From: Takakia lepidozioides
Taxonomy: Eukaryota > Plantae > Bryophyta
Assembly (NCBI GenBank): GCA_030704615.1
Contig: CM060733.1
Coordinates: forward strand, 12,338,001 to 12,402,000
Length of the DNA: 64,000 bases
Direction: 5' to 3'
Every line of letters begins with the position of its first letter. The stretch's first letter is position 1. Made by a program: the position numbers and the translations under genes. Positions 51,600-63,106 of this stretch are shown here, in pieces. The notes beneath the pieces were generated by a model, which saw only the letters and a program-made list of their open reading frames with translations, was not told the origin of the DNA and made no database searches.

Positions 51600-53087
51600 T
51601 CAGTTAGATCCACTGTGGTTGTAGTCTGATTGATAGCACATATTGTACTCTCCCTGCCCATTGAACGCTTCACTAGTTTCACCATCTGTATATTGAATGA
51701 CACAATGATAAAAAAAATTAGAATAGCACGAATGACACACAATGTGAAGTAGCATCAACAATAAAAATCCACCCACGCGCCCAAGCATTGAAACTTTTGC
51801 TCTCACCTTTCGTTGATTATGCTTTGTTGTTGCATCGGGAGGCAAAGTCGTTGGAACTTTGGCAGCAGGAAGCCCTGGTTCGGATGCCTTTGCAGATTGT
51901 TGTGATCCACTACCCATGGCTGCGCTCTTGAACAAGTAGTTGGGCTGCCCATATCTGTATGGGTGCCCTGACACATACTCAGGGATGTGTGCAGCCTTGG
52001 ATACACCCTCTAACCAAGGCAGTAATTCTTTCATAAGCCTCTTGCAGTTTGGCTGATCCCTCGACTTCCATGGATACGGTAAGATGCAATTATTTGCAAG
52101 GTTGGGTAAGCAAATGAATGGGGAATCGTCCACCAACAAAGTATTGGTTGGATTGTAATGGCTGTAGTCCTTCCAGAACTTACATAAGTTCTTGTACATG
52201 ATAGTTTTAGAAGGATTGACAGGGTCCACCATTCCCACAGGCTGGTCACAATAGTCTTGGTGAAGCACCACCTTTGGCTGTTTCCCACGAAACAAAGCTT
52301 TCATAATTGGAAGGACATTACTCAATGACATGGAAGACCATACACCTACATCAAAAATCTGAAGGCATCGGTCCAGAAACTCCTGACACCCAGGTGTGGA
52401 GGTGACAGTGGGCTCTAGGTATTCCCTTCTTCGTAGTCTGGTCTTACATAACAATCCATTCAAGTCAAGTATAAGGATGTGTTTCTGCCTCTCAGATGTC
52501 GAAGGGCAATTACCTACAACTTGTACATGATTATCATGTACAAGAGACACACCTTTCTGTGGGGCACTCTGCAAATTCATTGAGACCTCACAAGCATATT
52601 GAGAGGGTAGTACATATGCCGGCAGTGCTACTGGTGCAGGGGACAACAAAACTGATGAACACTTTGCAATTGCCTCAACAATATGGGGGGATGGATTGAG
52701 TTCACCTTCAGACCAACCCTCCATGTCATCATCCCCCTCCATCTCTAAAAGCCCAAACAATGAGCCTATTGTGTTTGGATTTGGTGGCGGTGAAGAAACT
52801 GCCTTGAACAGGTTGAGTGGTGAGCCCATAACATGAGAAATAGTCTCCTTTGTTGTCTGTGGCGCAAAGGTGGTGCATGGTGGACCTGTAGGCTGTGAAT
52901 CTGGCACATTCATGCCAAGTTTAGCTGCGAGCGCAATGTTGAATGCAGCTGCTACCTCCAGTTGGACTTGGACTGCTTCCAAAGCTGCCTTGGAGCTGGC
53001 TTCCATCTGCACTTGCTTGTTTTCCATAGCATCAAGGCGAGCTGCTAGTGAACCAATTCCCTGCCCCAACACATAGAACACCTCCAA
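51600..53087 (-). CDS. 495-aa open exon: coiled coil plus FCP1/SCP-like (NIF, HAD) phosphatase domain, copy 3
   Basis: KHILILDLNGLLC, PGCQEFLDRCLQIFDVGVWSSM, LHQDYC, MYKNLCKFW, YNPTNTLLVDDSPF, LLPWLEGV...YGQ; frame uninterrupted. Confidence 0.85.
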   Translation of the reverse strand: MEVFYVLGQGIGSLAARLDAMENKQVQMEASSKAALEAVQVQLEVAAAFNIALAAKLGMNVPDSQPTGPPCTTFAPQTTKETISHVMGSPLNLFKAVSSPPPNPNTIGSLFGLLEMEGDDDMEGWSEGELNPSPHIVEAIAKCSSVLLSPAPVALPAYVLPSQYACEVSMNLQSAPQKGVSLVHDNHVQVVGNCPSTSERQKHILILDLNGLLCKTRLRRREYLEPTVTSTPGCQEFLDRCLQIFDVGVWSSMSLSNVLPIMKALFRGKQPKVVLHQDYCDQPVGMVDPVNPSKTIMYKNLCKFWKDYSHYNPTNTLLVDDSPFICLPNLANNCILPYPWKSRDQPNCKRLMKELLPWLEGVSKAAHIPEYVSGHPYRYGQPNYLFKSAAMGSGSQQSAKASEPGLPAAKVPTTLPPDATTKHNQRKVRAKVSMLGRVGGFLLLMLLHIVCHSCYSNFFYHCVIQYTDGETSEAFNGQGEYNMCYQSDYNHSGSN

Positions 53088-54628
53088 AGTAACAATTCAC
53101 TACACTGAACTGATGAACTAGTAAGAAAAGAGAACCAAACGGCAACTAGCAATGGCATGGAAATCATGAATATGTAATTCACACCAGATTGGGACTGAGT
53201 TTATATTCCGATGTGGCTGCACTGCCTGTACACCCCGACCCATAGCCTTTGTCACTCCTGGTGCTACCGGCGATCTCCTGCAAACTTGGTGTACGTCGAG
53301 TCTCGTTCTCCTGTGATTGCAACAAACTTGCAAGTGTAAATGACTAGCATAGCACACTGCCAACAGTAAAGAATTATCTAGGATAACATCAATGACTCCC
53401 CCTCAATAAGAGTGCTTAGTTTGCTCTTCTTTCCCTCCTTAAAGCATTTTTGCGTTCTACAGGAGTCACACCTAGGAGTAAGGCGGGAATCCTGCAAGGT
53501 TTCAGCAGTACCTTGCATGTTACCACCTTCATTTTGTTGTGGCTGGACTGATGTCTCCCACCCCACAGGATGATGCGGAGTAGATGCATCCTCGGTCTAT
53601 TTCAAGATGCCTTTCCCTTTCAGGGTATTAGGTGTACCTGGAGATGTTGGATAAAGAGGTGGCCGCGGTGCAGTGAAGTTCGAAGGTGCCGGCTGTTGTA
53701 CTCCACTGTAGTTGGATGCTGAAGGTTGGTGGCCACCATACTGGACCTGCCCCTGGTGTGGTCTTGCAGGGCTGGGTAGGATAGAGGGAGGAAGTAGGTT
53801 GGTTGTACATAGGTCGAGGAGGATACATACTATGAGGATGCATTCCATAATGGTGGTAAATGGAATACCCACCTTGACTAGGATCATGCATTGGAGCGCC
53901 TGCAGGTAGAGCAAAAGAATTGTAATTCTGGCACTGAGGATCATTGTTTGGAGGTTGATAGTGAGGATACGACATGTGTCCATGCAGATTATACCCTGAC
54001 ATGGCAAGATACTGTGGGTATATAGGCGGATACGAGGGAGGAGCTGATACTGGTGGATACAAGGGAGCTGGAACGTCAGTCTGTGGAGTGGGCGGGGCTG
54101 GTTTTTCGTAAGTTGGAACAGATGCACCACTCATCACAGCAGCTGGCGCAATAGTTGGTGCACACTTTGCTGGAGTAAGAGACTTATGCTCGTTCGCATC
54201 CGTCCCTGCAATTCATTTTTTTTTTTTTACTGAACTCTGCACACATTGCTCAACATAAACATGAGAAACAATATAATTCTCATACATGTCCACTCGAACA
54301 TGCATGAATTCCAGAAGCAATTGTAACAATGCTTCATTGTGATCTAAACTGGGGCTGGAAACCTATACATAAATGTTAAAGGTGCCCAGAATGCTGACCC
54401 AAAAATCTCTGAAGTCGGAGGGAGTGAACTTTCCAAACTTGAGAGGCCCAGACTTCTGTAACATTCCATATTCTTTACTTCAGTTACATCAAGTACAAAA
54501 GTGACATCAGGAGGCAAGTAGAGAGTGACAGTCAAGAGAATAAAACTGGGTCACATAATGGATCACACATGATACAAAATGATAGACCTAAGGAGAAAGA
54601 AAATGTATGAGATATTCAAGATGACCAC

Positions 54629-54793
54629 TGGGGCTGGCTCCAGGGAAGAGGAGTCGTCCTGGCATAGAGTTTGGCAGATGTGAAACGGGCCATTGAGGGG
54701 TATCCTGGTTCAAATTTGCTGGCACAAAAGTACCTGACAAAGACAATGCTGATAAATGGTTACAATTTTGACCTGCGCATTTATGTACTTATT
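54629..54793 (+). pseudogene. Captured tubulin-tyrosine-ligase-like (TTLL) gene fragment inside element B
   Basis: QGRGVVLA*SLADVKRAIEGYPGSNLLAQKYLTKTMLINGYNFDLRIYVLI matches the TTL core QGxGI...QxYIxxPLLIxGxKFDLRxYVL. Confidence 0.75.
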
Positions 54794-55179
54794 CCATGGA
54801 GACAGAACTTTGGTGCAGATCGCAAACCTGCTGATGGGCTGGGGAGTTTGCAGGGTGCTTTGCGCGCTTTGTCTTTGCTGGGGTTTTTTTCGTCGTTTCC
54901 ATCTCTGACTCCGAGCTGGTCTCATTCAAATCTTCATGTACGGCATAATCTTGGTCTCGCTGCAGTTCTTGCTCTCGTGCCTCCTCTGCGTTTGACTCCG
55001 CTTGAACTTGCGCTTCCTCCTCTTGCTCTACCTCTTTCTCCCGTTGTGACATTACAGAGTGCAGGAGTTGAACTCTGTGACTTCGGCGAGGAGGACCTGT
55101 GTGTTTGAGGATTTCCTCAACGAGGCGTTTAGGGCGATTCAAGCTCTCTTCGACGCTGCAAAGAAGAAGAAAGACAAAG

Positions 55180-55610
55180 TCAGCAGCTGCAAGATTGTCT
55201 GTTACCTTACTGCTGTTAAATTCTTGTCAAACCCATGGTGTGTCAAACACCTTTGTCGATGAACTCCTTACATTGTTAGGAAGACAACTGTTGCCAGCAG
55301 ACAATTGCCTGCCAAAGTCCCACTATGAGGCAAAACAACTCATAATGGAACTCGGGCTTCATTACGAGAGTTACATGCATGTCCGAAAGGCTGTGTGTTG
55401 TTCAGAAAGGAGCTTCAGAATTTGGAGGTTTGTCCAAAATGTCAGGCACGTCGTTATGTGGTGGGTACGAAGACACCAATACCTCGTAAGGTCCTTCGAC
55501 ATTTCCCTATCATTCCAAGGCTGCTTCGAATATATAAAGCCAAGTCCATCTCAAAGTTAATGTCATGGCACTTTAAGAATCGAAGTCGGGATGGCTTGGT
55601 TAGGCACCCA
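55180..55610 (+). pseudogene. Element B transposase, N-terminal piece (broken by the inversion)
   Basis: LLLLNSCQTHGVSNTFVDELL...HYEAK...HACPKGCVLFR...CPKC...KVLRHFPIIPRL...DGLVRHP, ending abruptly. Confidence 0.9.
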
Positions 55611-56186
55611 ACATATATGGCCACACAACTTTTGTCATATCATCCTGGTCAACCAAATCCTTTGGTGATGGCTTGTATGAAATAGAAAAGAATCCAGTAT
55701 TTGGTGGGTTTCGGAGGCCCTTTGATGACTCATCATTGACAATGAGTATTTGTTCCTGTGTTGCAAAGGGTGTACCAGGGTACTTGGCAAGATCAGTGCG
55801 AATATCCTTAACGAGATATTTCATCCCAGGCATGATATAACCGGTAGTGTCTTTGCAATCCTCAGCTGACCAGATGAAGCAAAACTTCTTCGCAATTTTC
55901 GTGGGAACTAAGCACTCGAGCATCCTACAAAAAACATCTCTTTTAGCACATGACCAAATTGCCACGTGAAAATGCATCAACGCAAGGTTGAGAAACTCCA
56001 AGACTCCGGACCGGGGAACCACAAAAGATCTATTGGGAACATGAACTTTCTGGAACGAAATCTCTCCTTAAACAATTCACCGCCGGTTGGAGGTGGCTGG
56101 TAGCAGAGGAGTCCATTGACACTCAATATTAACAACATCTGTTTCCTCTTCCCCGATATGGCAGATAATGCACTACGCCAACTCAT
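55611..56186 (-). pseudogene. FCP1/SCP-like (NIF) domain, copy 4, with degenerate catalytic motifs; first exon of the element A downstream gene, continued at 63107 (+)
   Basis: LLILSVNGLLC, PRSGVLEFL, FHVAIWSCA, FIWSAEDC, LVKDI, ILIVNDESSKGLRNP, VVWPYML; one frameshift near 56025. Confidence 0.8.
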
Positions 56187-57702
56187 GGTTTCTTTTACTT
56201 TTTTTTTTGGAGAGTCATGGTTTGCATGACTCAAACCATGACTCAAAGTGGGACAGGCACGAAGAAGTGGATATGCCTAAAATAGGTCGGGTATATGACT
56301 AAACGACTCCGTAAAGTTTGGAATTTAGGTCAACGTGGTTTGACCAAAGAAGAGTAGTGATCATAAGTCACACGTATGCCTTTAAAGGGTAACAAAGCTG
56401 ACTCTAGAGATTTTGGAGCGTGGTCAAACGTTGTTGACTATGGATAATGTTGCGGTGTAGTCGTCTGCATGACTCTTATTTGGTGTCCCAATTAATGATA
56501 GATATTATGTAGTATAAATGCGGAAAAACAAAAACACATTGGATGATTGAAGCGATGTCCGTCACGTGGCATAATCTGCTGCCAAAGAATGTGGAATTTA
56601 GAGCAGGCGGAAGAATATTCCTGTACGTATACCACAGAGTGTTAGCTTACATAATCATATTACAATGGTTTTTTAAGCCGTCGATGATCAATGTCATCGA
56701 CTGCCCCAATTGATTTGCACTATGAGTCGTTAGATCAACCGCGGAAATTTCACGGCTCAGCAGAGCTCGTCTATTTATCGTTGTTTGATGCCGCTTGTCC
56801 TATTGAGAAGCCCAATCGTCAGAGTCTATGCTACTGAGGAAATGCCACTTATAGAGGGAGGCTGACCACTTTGCTTCTTCGATCTGAGTCTCATGGTAAG
56901 GCTTTTTCGGCTGGCTAGTCACTTGACGCATAGTCCAGAGTCTTTATTTTTCTCCTTGGTGGAGTTTTTCCCCTCGATTCAAGCATAGTACAAGTCTGCC
57001 ATCTTCATTCTGATTTCTCTCACAGGGTATGAATTAATGTCGGTTGAATTCCATTACATATGTATTCATTCTCTACGCACGCTCAAAACGCTGAAAAGCG
57101 GGAGTGTAGCGAGCTACGCCACTCCAAGTCGAGGAGGAAAAACAAATTCTATTGTTGCTAGTGTATCAGGACTGTGTACATGTATATTGAACAAAATAAA
57201 TGAACTTGAAATATAGATGGCACAAACACTGCTGATAGAATATGATTGTCAGTAGTCCGACCAGATCACGGAACATTGAACACTGAGAATAACCATGTGT
57301 GAGGAATAATTGGCAACCATTCTCCTAATTGAATTTTTAATCGCAAAACCACAGAGCAATAACAAATGGGAAACGAGATTGCACAGAAGGATAATATCTG
57401 CAAGTCACTGAATGGCCAACCAGATAGGTCCGAGTCAAAAGTACAGTTTCAAAGGCCTTCTGCCTTGACCTCTTTGTCAGCTGCTGCTCAGTTCCCCCCC
57501 CCAGTATGACAAGCCACTATCTGCCAGAAGGTAAAATATCCCCAATCGAATTGGCGGCTTCATATACCAAGACGACAAACAAACACGAGCTTATGCCAAC
57601 AGGGACTTACCTTCACATAAGGATTCACTTGCATGCAGAGAAACATCTATGAAGCAAAGCTGAGAGAGCTTGGAGACCACAACTGTCAAGGGCGCCAACT
57701 AA

Positions 57703-58279
57703 CTACAAGTCTATATCAAGTAGATTGTCTTCATCCTCACTGCTTGAAGTTGAATGTTCCTCACAGTTTGCTTCATCATTTTCTTGTGCAGGCACCTTTG
57801 TATTCCCAATGGGGGTCTTGAACAGAGCTTCCATGGCTTTTTCAGTGACCTCTATTGCAAGGACATGGCGAGTACATGGTTGTCCACCAATTCAAACATC
57901 ATCAATGAGCCGAATGGGAGCTGACATGCCACTGCTATGTGTATTGTCCGATAGTGAAGTTGACACATCATGCACCACTCTCAGTGATCGTGGATTCTTC
58001 TCCAACACAACCTTCCATCCTTTTTCTTGCACACAATCTGAAAAAAAAACCTGCTCAGCTTGTGATGGAAACAAGCAGGGTTGATCATTAGCCGGTAACA
58101 TGTGTTTGAAATTAACTAGGGTAAACCCAAACTCATCCTTCTTCATGGAGGCATTCCTCCCCACAGTTTTTGCACAAACCCACCCACAAATGAAGATGAC
58201 AACTTTAGTATTGCCATACTCCACTTGTAATATTTCCTTCACAATGCCCACATAGCGCATTTGACAGTCCTCATGTTCA
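57703..58279 (-). pseudogene. Element A transposase C-terminus (DUF4216), displaced by element B and the inversion
   Basis: EHEDCQMRYVGIVKEILQVEYG...FICGWV...KDEFGFTLVNF...QPCLFPSQAEQVFF...WKVVL; continues the ...TYDSGVSSM sequence that stops at 49946. Confidence 0.9.
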
Positions 58280-59599
58280 AACCACTACTAGAGAAACCGG
58301 TTTTTCCAACACCACCCATAGTTCACACCTGGCACTTTGAACGGCTCCTCTTACACCCATGTGAGAGGAGGCAAGGTGTGATCTGGACCATTGTAGGAAA
58401 AGCCACATGGTGTTACAAATTTCACACTCAAATGACACCCATACGGTCAACGGATGTTGACCAAGATAATTTATATGGGGCATTTGACATGAGTGTGAAA
58501 TGAGTCATGGAGTGTGAGATGTCCTACAGGAATTTGGGGCAACTATATGGTGTGGCACATTGACCATCAAGGTGGATATGACTTGGCACATTGACCATCC
58601 AGGTGGAAGATGGATGGATGAAATGACTTCCACCTCTATTCAACATGCCCTGGAGGACATAACATATAGACTTTTGTTTAGAGAATTTAAAAAGTTCAAA
58701 AAGGTTATTAGGGTTATGGGGTCTGCATGTAGAGGGCTGTGGGACTTGTAGTTTTTCTTTGCCAGCTCGTTTAGAATCTGAATGCCCACCAATGCAGGCC
58801 ATCCCTTTAAGTTGATGCCAAAATGCATTTTCATCCAAACATCAAAGCTCTCAAAATAGACAACCTCAAGTAAAATGAGAAGGAGATCGGCAGAACCGAA
58901 AGGGCATAGAATTCTCGTCAATATTGTACATTGCCTGCAACTATTGGCTATAACTTGCCCTCTGTCCTGTCACATATAATCCCTCCGGGAACCAGCAATC
59001 CAAAAAGCTGCACTGCTCATGCAGCTGACGACAATATCGTTATGAGGATGTCACACTATAATCAACAATGTACAACAATTGCTTTGAGAAGCTATAGATA
59101 AAACTACCACATGTCGTCTCAGAGATTTGTGAGCCCGGCAATGTCAATCCCATTTTTGTCCAGTCAACCATGACCCCTCGCAATGAGACAGTCTAAAGCT
59201 AAGCTGAGCACGGATCTCAATCTCTACTAGTCTAACCGTACTAGAGAAATATCCAGTGATCCTCAGACAAGGTTTTCTTCGCCACCTTACAAAAATTGTT
59301 CCCAATGACTCCCTCCCTGTCCACATTGTTGCTAGATGTCGAGAAGCTTGGACAAAGTGCCTTGCTCTTTGTGACTGGCTCCCTTTTTGAGACAACATGG
59401 TTTTTTTTTGACGGGTGTACTTCACTCACAACCGTCTTTTTTACAAAGCGTCCGGGATATCAATGATCACCCCAGCCTGAATTTTGCCCCCACCCTATCA
59501 AGCGCCAGTGCTTTTTAACTAGTGCTTTTCAACTCGTCTGCTGAGGGCCTCACTTTCTCCCCTTCGCTGGTACATGTCAAAATCACTCCAAGAGCCATA

Positions 59600-60107
59600 G
59601 TGTTGGAAAATTGCCTTCGCATCCTTGATGCTCCCATATTTGGCATACATGTCCACGAGGGTATTGTTCATCAGGTACAATTCCAGCTTTGACAATGAAG
59701 CCATGGACCTCTTCCCATTTTCCAGAGCTGCCAGGCTTGCCCTTGATGCTCCCACATTTGGCATACATGTCCACGAGGGCATTGTTCAGAATCACATCAG
59801 GTACAATTCCAGCTTTGACAATGAAACCATGGACCTGATCTTCCCTTTTCCAGAGCTGCCAGGCTTGCCCTTGATGCTCCCACATTTGGCATACATGTCC
59901 ACGAGGGCATTGTCCATAATCACATCAGGTACAATTCCAGCTTTGACAATGAAAGCATGGACCCGATCTTCCCTTTCCCAGAGCTGCCAGGCTTGCCCTT
60001 GATGCTCCCACATTTGGCATACATGTCCACGAGGGCATTGTTCAGAATCACATCAGATACAATTCCAGCTTTGACAATGAAACCATGGACCTGATCTTCC
60101 CTTTTCA
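59600..60107 (-). repeat. Tandemly amplified (128-bp unit, about 4 copies) PLS-class PPR gene fragment inside element B
   Basis: Each unit encodes [39 protein letters not shown] recurs at 59723, 59851 and 59979; the last copy continues DAKAIF. Confidence 0.9.
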
Positions 60108-60614
60108 CAGGCAATGTTGTGCTTGAAATGTGGCCGTCTTGGATGAATCTGGACCCACACTCTATCCCTGCTCCTTCAGCTATCCATGCCTTTGCACAAA
60201 TCATGCATACATCCTTGCTTTGCTGGTAGCAGCTGACAATAACAGCCTACATTTGTTCTAGGAAACACCCAACTCAACTTCTCACACTAGTTCCTATGCT
60301 CAATTGCATCTGCTACTCTCTGTAATCCAACAGGCATTCACCTTTTTGCCACAATTGGGCCACCATTGACTAGGGTCAGAAAAGTATTCATGCGCCCCTG
60401 GAGTTCTCATGCGCATGACTGAACCTCCCACCCTGTTGCGGGGAGATCAAATGATTCCACCGTGCAGCGTAATGAAAGTGTGTTTGTCAGAATTCTGCCC
60501 ACCCCAACAGCTCAGTCACTCCCACCCATGCAAGGTACCATGCTGTATCAAGTCTAAACCCTGGAAAAATACATGCAATAGCAAAAACCAACTCTAGACC
60601 ATAGCACAACTGGC

Positions 60615-63106
60615 CTAGTACCTCCCATGTGGAGCTTGCATCCGCCTTCTACCATTTTGCCTCTGCCTTGCAGGTGCATTCAAGTTGGCAATGGCCAATT
60701 CATCTGCCTCACTCAAAGGAACACAAACAACAGGCTCAGTCATGATGTTATGAGGAATTTCAGGAGGCACCATGCCTACATAAGTGTCTCCCTCACCCAG
60801 TGCCACTTCTGTAATATCGTGAACCACTCGTCGATCGAGGGTCCTTCTGAAGGACCACCTTCCAGTTCCCTCGTGAACTTTTTTCATCCGAGAAAAAAAC
60901 TTGCTCCACCTGACCAGGGAATGTCCAGGGCTGCTCCATCCGAGGTAACATGCGACTGAAGTCAACCAAGAGAAAGCCATAATCATCTCGTTTCATGGTG
61001 GCATTCCGGCCCACCATGTGTGACCTCACCCATCTACACAAGAACAGAATTGGGCGAAGAATTCCGTAATCCAGTTGAATTATTTCTCTTATAACACCCA
61101 CATATTCCAATTGGGATAACACTCGTCTGGACATACCTGCACTGTTTTCGCTTTCCTGATGGAATACTTGAGCAACTCTAGAATCAAATGTCATCGTGTC
61201 TGTGGCGCCAGTCCCATCACGTATTGCTCGAAAGTGATTGCCGTAAGCATACATGGACTTGAAGCCCAAGGACTGTACTGCTGGTGGTATACATAAATGG
61301 CATATGTCCAAATCATAGGACTCACCTGAACTCACCTTGCGTTGGACAACACCTTCAATCCATTCATGGAATGGAGCCAGTAAGCGCATATCTGTTGGGT
61401 ATGGAATTTCTCCATTGTGGTGGTCCTGGTCTTGTCCACAAAGGATTGCTGTTCTGAACTTAGTGCGAGATGCTTCTATGAGTGCCATCTCCTCTTCATA
61501 GGCCCTGTCCAAATGAGAATTGCAAATTAGGATTACAACCATTGGCATAAATGAAACACACAAGATATGATAAGCAACATACTCAACGAAAGGTTTCATG
61601 CAATCTATGTTGTGCAAAATATAATCGTGTGCATTGTCTCGTTCTTGAATGGTGAGGACTCGTACACTTCCCAATCCTTGAACCACCTCCCCACTAACTA
61701 AGTCTTCTTCATTGGAGTCCCACACCCTTCGGCTTGTAGCATGAAATTCAGCCATATACTCAGTTAGAAACCCTAGGGCCTCATCCAAAGCATACCCTTC
61801 CGCCATGCTCCCTTCAGGTCGGCTCATATTCCTTACATAGCCTTTTAATGTCTTCATATACCGTTCCATAGGATACATCCAACGGCTAGACACAGGACCA
61901 CACACCTCCAATTCGTCCACAAGACAAGCAAGTGAGTCATGACATCAAAAAATGACAGAGGGAATTCTTTCTCCAGCAGACACATAGTGATTGCAACATC
62001 TTCTTTTAAAGCTGGTAGCTCAACTGGATTAATGGTCTTCGCACACACTTTTCGGAAGACTCGAGAAAGCCTCATAATTGCCATCCGTGGACCCTTTCCC
62101 AATACCCCTCGAATGCAAAGAGGTAAAATTTGCTGCATCATTACATGGTAGTCATGGGTTTTCATCGTAGACAGTTTATTGTCAGCCACATGTTTCTGGA
62201 ATGTGGCAGCATAACCTGTGGGGGCCTTTACTGCAGCCAACGTTTCCAAAAACAACACCTTTTCATCTTCCGTAAGAACATATGGGGCCAAAGGCTTCAC
62301 CAACTTGTTCGGTTGAGAGGGATGGGGTCTCAACCACAAGTGTTCACGAATGACATTTAGTTCCATATCCTTCCTAGATGTGGCTGTGTCCTTCTCCCCA
62401 AGAATGGTTCTCAGCACATTCTCACACAATTTTTTTTCACAATGCATCACATCCAGTGTGTATCGGATGAGTAAGTCTTTCCAGTATGGCAATTGGTTCA
62501 AAACAGTGACCCGTTTCATGCCATGTTCCTTTGAAGGGTCCTGTTTTCCCCCCTCAGCCCTTCCCATTGCGAGATACAACTCTCTGGCTGTAGCCCGGTC
62601 AAATTGCTCACTTGCAGTGACCACCATAGGAGCTTCTCTATGTTCCACATGTCCATTAAAGTGGGATGAGTTATTCCTGTAGGGATGAACAATAGGCAAG
62701 TATCTCCTATGACCAAGATACAAAACTTTTTGCATGCCTTGGAGTACTTGGAATCAACATTAGGGCCGCAAGTTGGGCAGGCCTTGTATCCCCCGTGTGC
62801 ACATCCTGCTAGCAACCCATAAGCTGGAAAGTCGTGGATTAACCACATCAAGATGGCCCTCATGCGAAATGACTGTTGCCCCACTGGTCTGCTTCCATCC
62901 AATGCCCCCACACCAACTTCCCACAACAATTTCAGCTCATCCACAAGGGGCTACAGATAAACATCTGCATTGTCATTTCCCACAGATTGTGGTCCAGGAA
63001 TCAATAAAGCCAACATCGTGAAAAATGGCTTAATACAGAGCCAAGGTGGAAGATTATAGTTCACCAACATGACAGGCCATGTTGACCATTTGTTTGATTT
63101 ATCACT
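60615..63106 (-). pseudogene. Element B transposase, main part (Transposase_21 C-half, DUF4218, DUF4216)
   Basis: WSTWPVMLVNYNLPPW; IHDFPAYG; GHRRYLP; LDVMHCEK; MKTHDYH; FFDVMTHL; RWMYPMER; EGSMAEGY; YVGVIREII; DDYGF; QVEQVFF. Frameshifted. Confidence 0.93.

Larger units (their letters stand above)
50975..55085 (-). pseudogene. Element B TnpA-like accessory gene remnants (acidic N-terminus, Pro-rich region, coiled coil, NIF phosphatase, Tnp1-like C-terminus)
   Basis: 54789-55085 GPPRRSHRV...EEEAQ resembles GEPRRSSRF in element A; 53597-54137 Pro/Tyr-rich; ORF 51600-53087; 50975-51205 IGDKVLLFD...AGVGYI...YYRIHV...TLW. Confidence 0.6.
49947..63106 (+). mobile_element. CACTA element B, ~10.5 kb when un-inverted (49947-55610 plus the inverted 58283-63106), inserted in the element A transposase, TSD GTT
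   Basis: Identical 23-bp termini CACTACTAGAGAAACCGGTTTTT at 49947 and 58283. Flanks read GTT|CACTA and, on the - strand, TAGTG|GTT. Shared TCACAC/GTGTGA subterminal repeats. Confidence 0.88.

Noticed and set aside
58524-59429. Short ORFs in the interior of element B as further captured genes
   Set aside because: No family motif recognisable by eye; a BLASTX search would be needed.
59519-60204. Functional PPR gene
   Set aside because: The 128-bp near-identical units shift frame, there is no targeting peptide or E/DYW end, and it lies inside a CACTA element.
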